Assembly: GCA_037447605.1 (NCBI GenBank)
Contig: CM074811.1
Coordinates: 3,472,001 to 3,536,000, forward strand
Source of the DNA: Zygnema circumcarinatum SAG 698-1b
Taxonomy: Eukaryota; Plantae; Zygnematophyceae
DNA: 64,000 bases
Reading direction: 5' to 3'
Every line of letters starts with the position of its first letter. Positions within the stretch are counted from its first letter, which is position 1. Below the pieces are notes generated by a model. It saw only the letters and a list, made by a program, of their open reading frames with translations. It was not told where the DNA came from and ran no database searches. The position numbers and the translations under genes are program-made. Shown here in pieces: positions 50,994-62,532 of the stretch.

Positions 50994-51323
50994 TCCGGAA
51001 ACCCATGTCATCTTTTCGTCTCGTTACTCGCACTAACTCATCCATTGTAGTCAAAAATGCGCAAGAACAAGAACGGACAACAACTTATAAATAATTTTAT
51101 TTAAAAAGAACAAAAATCGTGAGAGCGCGAGTGAGTTTCCTGCGGTCGTGTTGGCTCATGCCACGTCCCTACTCTCTCCCTCTCTCTCTCATTCCTTCCT
51201 CCTCCCATCCCCATGCCATCCCTCGCCCCCCCCCCCCTGTACATCCCATCCCACCCGACTCCATCATCACATCATCCTGTCCGCCGCACAACATCACATC
51301 CCACCACATGCTACTTCTCACTC

Positions 51324-53074
51324 TCAAACGAAGACGAGTCCCCCCCCAATAGCCGCAGCCAGACTCAAAAGTACGGCCATGGCTGAGAAGAGCAGAGATG
51401 CGTGAAGATGGGCGGCTGCTCCCGGAGGAGGAGGGGAAGGAGGAGGAGGAGGAGAGGAGGAGGCAGTGCTCGAGTTGGGCGCGATCAGGACGCCGGAAAT
51501 TCCATGCACTGCAGTTACTCCGCTCGCTACAATGTCCGTTTCAACGACCTCAATACCGTTCACATAGAAACTCGTAGTGTTCACCGAGACTGTGAGATTC
51601 TCGTTTGTGAGAGTTGTGGGTATGGCTTCAGGAACATCCGTGACGAAGCCGAGCACTGAAGCCGCGGGAAGGTAAGTCGGCGAGATGTGGTACTGAAGGA
51701 GAGCCACGATGAAGGAAGAGTCGTTGAGACGGGGATTGATTATCGCAGCCGCCGCTGCAAAGGCCTGGAAACATGCAACCATTGATATTAATGACTCTTT
51801 TCCTACACACAAAAAGTAAAGAAATCTCGACAATTAACAAAGATAAACTATATAAATGATGCGAATGGAAATGCGTGTCTGGCCCTGACCTCATCAGTGG
51901 GCGCAAAGATGGTCCTGTTGGAGCCATCCGATAAGTTGAGCCGCGAGAGGATGTCTCCCGTGCCGAGAACTTGCAGCAGAGTGCTGTAGTTTCCAGTTGC
52001 GTTCAACGCAGCCACAACAGAATTCAGTTCCTCCGTCCCGTTCACCGGTCCGTTAGGAATAGCTGGAGGCACCAGCACCCCATTTATTGCGTGCACTGCC
52101 ACAACGCCTGACTGAACGATGTCCGTTTGAATTACAGGACGCTCGTTCACATAGATCCCCGAGGCGTCTTGTGTGACTGAAATGAGGTAGTCGCTGCCGA
52201 GGCGAGTGGGAAAGGTGGTCGCGTTTTGGGAGGCGTTGAGAGCAGAGAGGAGAGCGGTAGAGGGGAGGTAGGCGGGCACGATGTGGTAGGAGAGGGTGTC
52301 GAGGAGGGAGGCGAGGCTGCCGGGGCTTATGCTTGTTGGGTCCGTAAGACCTGCAGTTGTTAATGCCTGCATGGCAGCATGCACGGGAAAGTGAGAGGAA
52401 GCGGGTGGAGGGAGAAGGGGGAGGGAGAGGAAGCGAGGGCGAGAGCGAGAAAAACTGATTGGGTACGAGAGTGGAATAAGATGTTGAACGGATAAAGGCA
52501 CAAGGGAAAGGACAATTTGAATTTACTGTAAATCAAGAGAAAATCCCCACTTTCATGCTTCGCCCACCCGTCTCCTTCTCTCCGGCGCCCCTCCATCCCT
52601 GTACCTTCCCTCTCATATCCATTCTCCAGCCAGCCTCCTCCGTTCAATCTCCCATTCTCTCCCATCCCTCTTCCCTCACACGTCTCCAACTTCTTTACCA
52701 ACCTCTGAAGCGTCACACGTTTCCCTCCCTCTTATCCTTCTCTCCCTCTCCCTCTCCCTCTCCCTCTCCCTCCCCCTCTCCCTCTTCCTCTTCCTCTCCC
52801 CCTCCCTCTCCCTCTCCCTCTCCCACTCCATCTCCCCTCCCCTCACCGCATCAGTAGGCACGAAGATGGTCTTGTTGGAGCCGTCCGCAAGGTCAAGGTC
52901 CCCCGCGATGGAGGCGTTGAGGAAGAGCGCCTCCATTATGAAGTATCCGTTCGCGTTCAGATAGGTGATCACGGTCTGGAGCTGCCCCGCGCCGCTCTGC
53001 TGCGCCCTCGTCCCCCCATAGAAACCACCCGCGAGAAAAACCACGAGCAACACCGGGACGCACTTACTCGCCAT
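51324..53074 (-). CDS. Fasciclin (FAS1) domain protein B: signal peptide, 2 FAS1 domains, GPI-anchor-type C-terminus (381 aa); tandem paralog of A
   Basis: Exons 53074-52847, 52366-51890, 51764-51324, in frame, phase 0. Exons 1-2 and introns are near-identical to A; exon 3 begins like A exon 3 and ends like A exon 4. Confidence 0.92.
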
Positions 53075-53388
53075 CTCCCTCTCACTCTCCCTCTCTCTCG
53101 CACTCTCTGAACCGCTCTTCCCCTCGCTCTCTTTCTCCCCCTCACTCTCTCCCACAATCTCTCTCGCTCTCCCTCTCTCTGAGCTTCTCTCTCTCACTCT
53201 ACCTCCCACTCGCTGACGCTCTCTCTCTCTCTCCGCTATCACTCCCTTTGTCCCGCACTCTCCCCCTCGGTCCGCAAAAAAAATCAAAATGAATGGCTTG
53301 GAGCAATTATTGTTATCGGCGTGCTTTGTATGTCCGCTTTAGCGCCAAAGAGGAAGCTTCCTCGTTGCGTCTGAGAAGCTTTCAATTA

Positions 53389-53502
53389 AGGGCCTCTTGC
53401 CACGTGGCTGAGATTGACGCAAGTGTAAACACGTGGCGGATGCTCATAAAGGCCTCTTGCCACGTGGCTGCGATTGACGCAAGTGTAAACACGTGGCGGA
53501 TG
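53389..53502. promoter_or_regulatory. Tandemly duplicated 60-bp G-box / TGACG / ABRE module upstream of fasciclin B
   Basis: GGCCTCTTGCCACGTGGCTG.GATTGACGCAAGTGTAAACACGTGGCGGATG occurs twice at an exact 60-bp period. Confidence 0.55.
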
Positions 53503-55724
53503 ATATTTGCCGAACTGCGGGCGGTTGCTGCCGTACGAAAGTCAATTTGGTCAAAGAGGGCGGGGTCGGATGACGACAAAAAATAAGGGGCGTTATTCTT
53601 CATTTCGCAGACGTTTGGCCGTATTTTTTGGCCCGGCGCAGATCCTTATAGCTGTACGGAAGGCGTTAAGGAACTGCCTGGTTGCAATAACCATAGTTAT
53701 GCTCGATTTCGCAGCTCGCGAAGAACCGTCGATGAAATGGGCGGACACGATGCCGCCAGGAAGGCATTCGCATGGAGTGCATTCGCCGTTGCGTGAAAAG
53801 CAACGCAACGGCTAAGCCGCCGCTTGGAGAGGGAGTGGTCCTGGTGGTTTCGAAGGCAGCTTAGCCGCCGCGTACGCGTAGTACGCAATCCCTTGCGCGT
53901 TCAGTTCGCGCATGTGAAGGCGCGGCCCGACCCTTGGGCAAAAAAAGGAACTCACAGTATCACACAAGACACAAGCCACAATTTGAAACCAAGAGACAAT
54001 TGTAAACTTGTACGAAATTGTAAAATGTGTAGAGACCAGTACATCGAGAGAACCGGACACACAACAACTCGACGATATGCGTTTACAAAATTCGAAACCT
54101 TGTATATATGAAATGGCTTTGTGTACAAATTTGATTGTTAAAAGTGTGAGTAGTTGCTAGTGGCTGGTATGAATGAAACCGGCGTTGTTTCCCTTGTTTG
54201 GTAGATCCTTCTGTCCAGCTTACAACTTGTGTCCCTATAAAGGTTTGTAGGATTATAGCCCGCCGAATGGCATTGGTACGTTTACAAAGCATTACCTTTG
54301 TGCGCGTGGGAATGACGGAGGGATGGAGGGAGTGTGCGATTGAGTTGAGTTGCGCGTTTTTGTGTCTGTAAGTGTTTTCGAGCATTTTTGTGTGTGGTTA
54401 TAGTGCTGTTCCCAATGGAACTCGCACTCCAAAAGCCTAGCAAGATTATCTTATCGACATATGNNNNNNNNNNNNNNNNNNNNNNNNNNNNNNNNNNNNN
54501 NNNNNNNNNNNNNNNNNNNNNNNNNNNNNNNNNNNNNNNNNNNNNNNNNNNNNNNNNNNNNNNGGCAATAAAACGGATCAAGGTGATTTGGATGATCAAT
54601 TTTTCTATCCAACTCTGCCAACCAAGGTGGACAATCAGAATGGGGGGTAGATCGCATTTCCATCACTCAGAGAATTGACAGGCGAAGGGAAGAAATACAG
54701 AAGGCAGGCAGGCAGGCAGGCAGGCAGGACCCTTGCTCGGGCTATGGCGGACGGCGAGGGGGGAGGGCGTTCAGGAGAAGAGCAGAAAGAAGCCACAAGG
54801 ACGCATCCTTTAGCAGCGAGAAAGACAGTCCGTATGTGGGAGGCACAAATATCGTATCGTGTGCCGCCTATCGCATTTTTACGTTTCCATGGCCACCGCC
54901 CTCCGTCCGCTATTGCGTTACAAGAAACGCAACGGCGATGTCGCCGCTTGGAGTGGGAGTGGTCCTCGTGGTTCTGCAAACTTAGCCGCGAGTAGGGGGC
55001 GGGCGGGGGTGCCTGGACTCTGTCTCTGTGTAGCGGGGTCGCCGCGGTGGTCTAAAAAAAAAAAAAAAAGAGAAAGGAAAAAAAAAAAAACCAAAAAAAA
55101 GTAAAAAAAAAAAACCCAGAAAAAAAAGTTAAAAAAAAAAAAAGCGCACCAAAAAAAAAAAACGCCCCCCCAAAAAAAAAAAAGGGTGATAAAACGTCCG
55201 TACCACCCAGGCCTCCGGGGCTGCGCCGACCCGGCGGCGGGGCCTCGCGGGGCTGCGGAGCGTACGGCAGGCGGGGGCGTAAGGGACTGCGGCTCCGCGA
55301 TCGCGGGAGATCGACGGTCGCTTGCGCCCGCTCGGGGCTGCGAGCGGTTTACATAAGGAAGGTGAAGGACTTTTAGAGCCATAAGTGGAAACTGTTTTTG
55401 GTCGGGCAGGGACGGAAAACGTTTGGATTTTACTTTTCATTTTTGGGCAGGAGTGGAAAAGTTTTTTGGATCCCGATTTTCCAGTGACGTACTGATGACA
55501 GGTTGACACGTGTCACGTCCGTATATTAGGTCCCTCCGTACATTATGGGGAGTCAGACCTTGACCATCGACAAATCAATTTCGTAAGCCTGTCAGGCGAA
55601 TTAAGCATTTGCTAGGTACGTATTTCGTACGGCTGTGAACGGCGGAGCCGCGGATCCCGATCCGGAATTCGTACACGAAAGGAGTGACTTTTAGTATAAG
55701 GAATTCGGGAATTTCGTAAGCAAT

Positions 55725-57051
55725 AGGGGGTGTCAGACTTACAAAATTCTCGTAATACTAAAAATTCGATATTCGTAACATTTCGAGTCAACGTTAGTAA
55801 AACTAAAAGGAGAACTATATACCGCCCCCTTTTTTGGTTATCCCGCCACTTTTTTTGAAATCCGACCCTCCCATTTCGGCTATTCTGCCCCCCTCCCCCA
55901 TTTTGGATATTTCGGGAGGAGATCGCCCCCCTTTTTTGAATATTTCTTTCCCGCCCCTCCCGTCCGCTCCCCTCCCCTCCCCTGCCCTCCCCCTCCCCTC
56001 CCCCTCCCCTTCCCTCCCCTTCCCTGCCCTCCCCTCCCGNNNNNNNNNNCTGAGTATAAGACTCGCGATGAGCTTGTACAAGTCTTGACTAAGCACTACA
56101 AGCAGGAAGGATTTCACATCAAGATCGGCAAGCATAGCGATAGCCGCCGACTCTACCTACAATGCTATAGCGGGGGGACCTACGAGGACAGAGGTCTGGA
56201 AGAGAGTAGTAAGAAGAGGAATACTTCTAGCCGCTTGAAAAATTGCCCTTTCGAGATTAGGGCGACGTTTTCCAAGAAGAAGGACACGTGGGTTGTAAAA
56301 TCTGTCTGTTGTCCTCTAGTCTCTCTCTCCTTTGCTCTCACTCTGCTCACTCTCTTTCTCTCCTTTGCTCTCTCTCTCGAACGTTGCGCTGATGTGTGAG
56401 AAGGAGAAAACGGGGGGGGATATCCAAAATGGGGGGGGGGGCGGGATATTTCAAAACAGGGGGCAGAATAGCCGAAATGGGAGGGTCGGATTTCAAAAAA
56501 ACAGTGGCGGGATAACCAAAAAGGGGGGGGGGGGTTTATAGTTCTCCAAACTAAAATTCTCGAGCGTAGTTTTTCGCACTCGCGGCGCGGTCCTGTTCGC
56601 ACTCCGCGATCGCCGTCTTCGCACTTCTCCAAACGCCGTCTTCGCAACTTCGCCCTAGCGCGGGGCCCTCAGACTTAGAAACAGCGCCGGCGCGGCGCGC
56701 GGAGACCGCTTGTCGTTGTGTCGTGTTGCGCGGCACGGGCGGGCGCGGGCGCGGGCGGGAAGCCGGTAAAACAATCATGACGTCACGCTGACGCGATTTT
56801 CGCCAGTATTTTCTTCGCACGTCCATTTCGGCGCCTCTTTTGGGTGCGAACAAAATCGTGCGAAGAAGTGCCCTTTTTAGTAAACCCACGGGTCAATCTT
56901 CGCAACGTTGACCCGTTGACTTAGCACAGTTGACTTCCGTTCGGTTCGGTTTAGGTTCGGGGGCGCGATGATTTTTAGTACTTAGTAACCTCGATTCTCG
57001 TAATACTAAAAACTCGATATTCGTAACATTTTGTTAAGTCTGACATCCCCT
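55725..57051. mobile_element. TIR element (AGGGGGTGTCAGACTTA...TAAGTCTGACATCCCCT) nested in a MITE (55547-57071)
   Basis: Inverted termini with AAT on both flanks; removing it restores the MITE end GTAAGC.ATGGTCAAGGTCTGACTCC. Confidence 0.78.
55809..56547. mobile_element. MULE deletion derivative with 9-bp TSD and a FAR1/WRKY-GCM1-type transposase DNA-binding fragment
   Basis: TIRs GGAGAACTATA... and ...TATAGTTCTCC (about 110-130 bp). TSD AAACTAAAA at 55800-55808 and 56548-56556. 56052-56302 encodes EYKTRDELVQVLTKHYKQEGFHIKIGK...LQCYSGG...RNTSSRLKNCPFEIRA...WVVK. 10-N gap at 56040-56049. Confidence 0.88.
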
Positions 57052-58300
57052 AATGGTCAAGGTCTGACTCCTATTCTTTCTGTTGTCGTCAAGTTTTTCC
57101 GAAAAATCCAAAAACCAAAGACCTGAGGACATGGCCGTCTCAAAATTTCAAGTTCCAATCATTTTCTTCCACGTGTTCACAAATGCTTCATTTTTTTATC
57201 AACGCATAGAACGGTCCTCCTTCGCCCGAAACTGCGCTTCATAGAACTGTTTTGACGGGTCAAACCTTTTCTATGTTTCAACGACCCAGCGTTACATAGG
57301 AATGCCTTCTCTCTTTCCATGCAATTTCTAAGGAGGGTCCAACCTGGTTTGCAGTTTCCCATTCAGGTTTGCAAACCAGTGAATCTGAAGCCCTTGGTTT
57401 GCAGACGGGTTGCTGGAACTTCACTCTGCCCTTCTTTCTTTTGTGCTTAGGTCCTTTGCGACCAGTCCCTCGTGGTTCCACATCATGCGTTTGTCCATGT
57501 ACATTTGATGGCCTCGCCATTGTGAGTTCAATGCCATTTTCCCCTTTCTGAAACTCTGAAACCATTGTTCCTCTGCCCCCGTGCACATGGACCACATGGC
57601 ATGCATGGGGTTTGCATCCGGACAAACAAGGACAAGCCTGTAAGCTGAAGGCGATGGTCTCCAATGGCATCACACCATCTGGCATGAGGGTATGCCTTGC
57701 CTACTCGGATTTTTCTGACATGTAGCCGCCATACAGTACGGACTCCAATGGAAATCCCCATTTCAAAAGCCTTCCCAAAGAAAAGGAGAAGGAAAAAAAA
57801 ACATCAAATTGATTTGATAAACTGAAAATTGAATTACAACTTTAGAAACAGAAATGCGACCCGCTTTGTCAGGTTCCTTTCCCTCTGTACATGCCTGCTA
57901 ATAAGCAGGCGAAAAGAAATCAGCCACCTCCTGAAGGCCTGTCCTGCGCACTGCTGCACTATGGCCCTTTATTTCGGAAAAGCATTTTCTGCTTCCTTGC
58001 AGACCTTTCCTTTCCGGAAACCTAAAACATGATACATTCACCCAACTCCTAAAAATCCATGGAAGCTTTGCTGCCATGCTCCTTCCTGATTCTTATTCAG
58101 AAGCGTTCTTAAACGGTACAACAGTCAAAACGGACGCTTTGGGAGGAGAGGGGGGGAGGCAGGGGGAGAGAGGAAGAACAAAGACCTTCTTTGGTACGTA
58201 CAGGAGGGCGAGGAGCTAAGCATACAGATAGATGCCTTTCCTGGTTGAAGTCAAGGGTTTAAGTGACCAGAGGGGTTGAAAGTGCGAGTGGTTTGAGGTC

Positions 58301-61300
58301 TCAAGAGTCGACGCCAACCACAGACAATGCCCAAGAGAGCAGCGCTGCAGCAAAAGCGGATAAAATAATCATGTGTGGCCAGAAATGAAAAGAATGAAAA
58401 ACTGCTCCCACGAGAACAGCTGCCAATACTCCGCATCCGGCTGCAGCTTCCAGCAGGAAAATCCTGGAGAAGGAAAGAGCACAATTCAGAGTGAGTTAAA
58501 CACGAAGATCCGGAAATGCGGTGAACATTTCGACAGTGTGTAACATGCTCTGAATTGCTCGGTTACTTTGCCTCTTGCTCACCTATCTGCCAGTCCCCGC
58601 TCCTTGCTTCTATGTTGCTTGTCGATCGGCTGCGAGGATAACTTTGCCGACATTGCTGACATTGCCGAATTGCTATTTCTCTCCTTCACCTCGTCAGAAT
58701 CATTGAGAGGGAGCGTTTCGGACGAAGAACAGGTTGCTGCCTCTTCAACGACCTCAGCCTCCCTGCTGAGAGCATCTCCCTCCATCCTTCCGAGCTTCTC
58801 TGTAACAGTCCATTTCCGCGAAGATGAGAGATCAAGAAGCCCTGCAGCTACTGCCTGCACTCTCAGGGGGCTAAGGGCACTGATGAAGAGGGCGCAACTG
58901 GGCAGCAGGTGCAGCTCTCTGCACATATCAAGTCGCAAACATAGTAATTGAGCAAAGGTTTCAGGTTCAGTTTTTAAGTGAAGAATGCGACATAGTATTT
59001 GAGAATGCCTCATCGAAAAGGAGTGACTGAAAGAAAGAAAGAGAGAATTGAAGTGTCAGAACGAGAGAAAATTGAAACGTACCGAAGAGAGAAGGTGAAG
59101 TAACAGGCAGGATGCAGGAGAGCAAGACAGAGGAGGGCCCAATAAGGGGGTGCCACGTGGTGTGGGAGAATAATTGAGAAAGCCAATAGGAGCCATGCAG
59201 CGCACGTGGCAGCAGGCCGGATGAGGCGGCGTAAACCAATGTAAATGGCAATCATGTACACCTTCAGAGGCAACCCTACAGCCTGCCCCCACGAGCTCCC
59301 ACAGATTACTACTTGGTCATGCACCAATTATGCACCAATGCACCAATACACCAATGGCCATGCACCATTAGCCAGTATGGCAGCTTTACTAATCTCCACT
59401 ACAAGGAGCAAATCCTTCATCCACTCCTTCCCAGCAATCCTTATACACCTAATTTTCTAATTTTCGAAAGGGTGGGTAGTACCTCGGAGTAGAGCACTGA
59501 GAAGAGATGCTTTCGCACAATAGTGGCGGGACCTGCTGTCCAGCGATGCTGCTGCTTGCGGTAAGCTGTGCAGGTGGCAGGGAGCTCACTAAGACACTGC
59601 CACGTGGATACCCAAAACCGCCGCCTCCAAAGGTCAGCTATGGTCTGAGGGAGAGGTGAGCAGGGCCACAATGGAGTTTAGAGAAGCTGGGTGGGAGGGA
59701 TACCTCAACGTGAGGGAGCAGCTTGAAACGCCACCCTCGGGCTGCCACGCTAATGGCCATGTCCATGTCTTCAGTTAGCGTATCTCCCGACCAACTCCCT
59801 GCGTCCTTCACTGCCGACAGTCTCCATACACCCGCAGTCCCTGCATGCACCATTTTCAACAGGTTAACAACGACCCTACGAAACACAAAACCTGCCGTTC
59901 TTTCGTTCCTTCCATTCAGTGTTTCCTCTCATTCACTCCCACCCCCCTCCCCCATCATTCTTTCGCCTGTTCATTCCCCATTTTCCATCCCCAAAATCTC
60001 CCTGCGCTGCCTTTTAACCTTCCTCTCTACCGTTATGGTGGGAGCTGGGCCCTTACCATTGAAGCCAAAAAAGGCCAGCAGCTCCGACCCGCTGAGCTGT
60101 TCTGCCAGAAAATGCCATCGCAGCTCTATGGCTTGAAAACGTGTAAGCATACACTCTCGAACATTAGAGAAGGTCCACCTGCGGTACCACCTTGAAGCCC
60201 CTATTCAGATATCTCAATCGGAAAATCACTGAAAAGGATGAAGAAACACTTTCAACTTCATACCGTACCGTCGTGCACTTCTCCTGACTGTACCTAAGAA
60301 GATTTCGACTTTGATGCATTTTTTCTGTATAAAAGATTCGGGGTTCTCACCTGGTCTGCACGAGGGCGAGTCCAGGGTCAGCCTGCAACCTTCCTCAGGC
60401 CCTTATTGACACAAGTCAGAAAACAATTGTGGGAAGAATAGAGGGATGAGATTTAGCACTGCCTGTTGCAACCGATTTCATGTAAACAGCTACATTAAGT
60501 TCAGAGGCTGACATGAACGACCACACGCACCCAAATCTTCAAATTTCGGAGGTTATATAGTCAGTAGCTGGTGACCCTGAAATTCACTCAAATTCTTCCT
60601 ACAAGTTAAGGTTGCCAGGAATTCGCACTTCCTGACGCGGAAAGGCAGCATAGGACGAGGAAGCTTAAATTGGGCCATCAGAGACTTTTTATTCACGATC
60701 TTCCTCACTGGTTACTCCTCCTTACTCCTCCCCCCAGCAACTTTCTCTCAGTTTCACCACCCAATCTCAATTGTAAATCCCTTCGGCCGTTTGCAACCTG
60801 CCATACTTGCGAACAGCAAAGCATTCTCCTGCACCGCCATGCTCGGCTCACCCTTGACGAGGAGCAGCTTAAGGTATTCTCACGTCTTTCCTTGCCTCCC
60901 TCCCTCTCTCTCTCCTACTCCTGCCAAACTACAGCCCTACTGTGTTCAGTAAGCACCTCGAGATGCGTAACAGTGCGATGCAGCCAGTCGGAGGCGGGTT
61001 CAAAGTCCGCATCCAGAATGGCCACATACTCGCAGGCAGCGGCATATGGCTCCAAAAGCCCCTCCCGCAGGTTCCCCGCCTTGTATCCGCTCCTATCCTC
61101 CCGATGGCGGTAGCGCACATCCACTCCTTTCTGCCTCCATTCCTCCACCGCCTGCTTTACACCCTCTTGAATGTCCCTTTCCGTGCTGTCATCCAGCACC
61201 TGCATAGCCCCACTCCTGAAGATATGTCACAACAGGAGCTACCGTTTACTTGCACTTTTGAGTAAGCCACAGGGAAGAGGCTACCACTTCTTTGAACGAC

Positions 61301-62532
61301 TTCCTAAGATATGCCTCAAAGGCAGGGCACAAAAAAGGAACACCCTCCTTCATTCCTTCTTGCCGGAATGGAAAAGTTACTCTTCATACATTTGATGAAG
61401 GCGGATGCATCATAGGTGTTATCTTCTAAATAGCTTCCAGCTCGGATATAGGGACAACTCATAACTGGACATCTCCATAAAAAGCTGTAAGCTTCCTATG
61501 GACGAAGTTTTGAGATTTTAATCGAAAAAGAAAACAAGAAATTGATTGTCCCTACTCAAGTTGGTATTTAGCAAAGATTGTGGATGGCTGGCACCTGCAC
61601 GATGAGCTTATCTTGTGGCCAGTCAAGACTGCATGTTGCACCGATAATACGCTTGTACACCTGCTCCCAATCGAAACAATCACACAGCCTTTACTGCATG
61701 CACTTGCCCATCCTTTTCCATAGCCGAAACCAACATCAAATTTAGCTCTTCCGTGAAGCATTTTTTATGAAATGCGCCCTACTATAGGTCAAGGCAGCAC
61801 CTGTCGCTCATTGTACATGGGTAGCTGTACGAGAACTCTGGGAATCTCGTTCATGCTGCCAACTCCTGCTTCTAAAGTGGCTCCTCCTATCCAGCCGTAG
61901 TAGGAGAACAGCCCAACCGCCGTGGCAGCCATGGTGTCAAGAAGAACCAGGCTTGCAGCACAATTCAGAAGCCATCGTCCAGCTGTAGCCCATACGTGCC
62001 ATGTGCAGAATTGCCGTTCCAGTTCAGCAATTTCTGTAACAAACAGCCAGCTTGAGAGCGGCCATGGCGACAAATCCGGACTCGTCCACAGCAACATGCT
62101 CGCCCCCGCGATCTGAAGTGTTCCAAACATTTCCAAGGGACAGCCACAATTCAGAATGCAGCGGCAGGCGCGGGAGGAGTTTGATTCCTTATCCAAAACA
62201 AGCGAAATAAGGAAGAGGGAGCGGAAGCAAGGGAAGGATAACATCCGCAAGACTCACCAAGGGTAGCAAGAGAGGGGTAAGACGCAGTCCTTGCACCTCG
62301 AGATCCTCGCCCTTCTTCTGCAGGCAATAGCATCAAACGATAAATACGAAAATCCTTAGATTCACCAGGATCCTCTCCTACAATGGCGCAAGGAGATCTC
62401 CCTCACCTCCTCCCGCACCCTCCAGTCGACCAAGGGGCTCCATTCCTGGGAGAGATTGCCGAGAGTGCAGCTCGCCAGGCTGCCCACAGCCGAGGAAGGC
62501 AATCCTCTCCCGTTTAGAAGGATCGGCGCCAT
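58301..62532 (-). CDS. Cellulose synthase-like GT2 glycosyltransferase of the CSLA/CSLC(/CSLK) group (about 636 aa)
   Basis: 12 exons total 1911 nt in frame: 62532-62407, 62317-62258, 62112-61801, 61660-61595, 61199-60957, 60382-60351, 60178-60057, 59840-59704, 59596-59483, 59282-59083, 58918-58583, 58463-58301. Motifs VLVQLPMYNE, LDWP, QVLDDS, GYKAGNL, ILDADF, FGFNGTAGVWR, TEDMD, QQHRW, WTVTEKLG. Exons 1-2 are the least certain. Confidence 0.92.
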
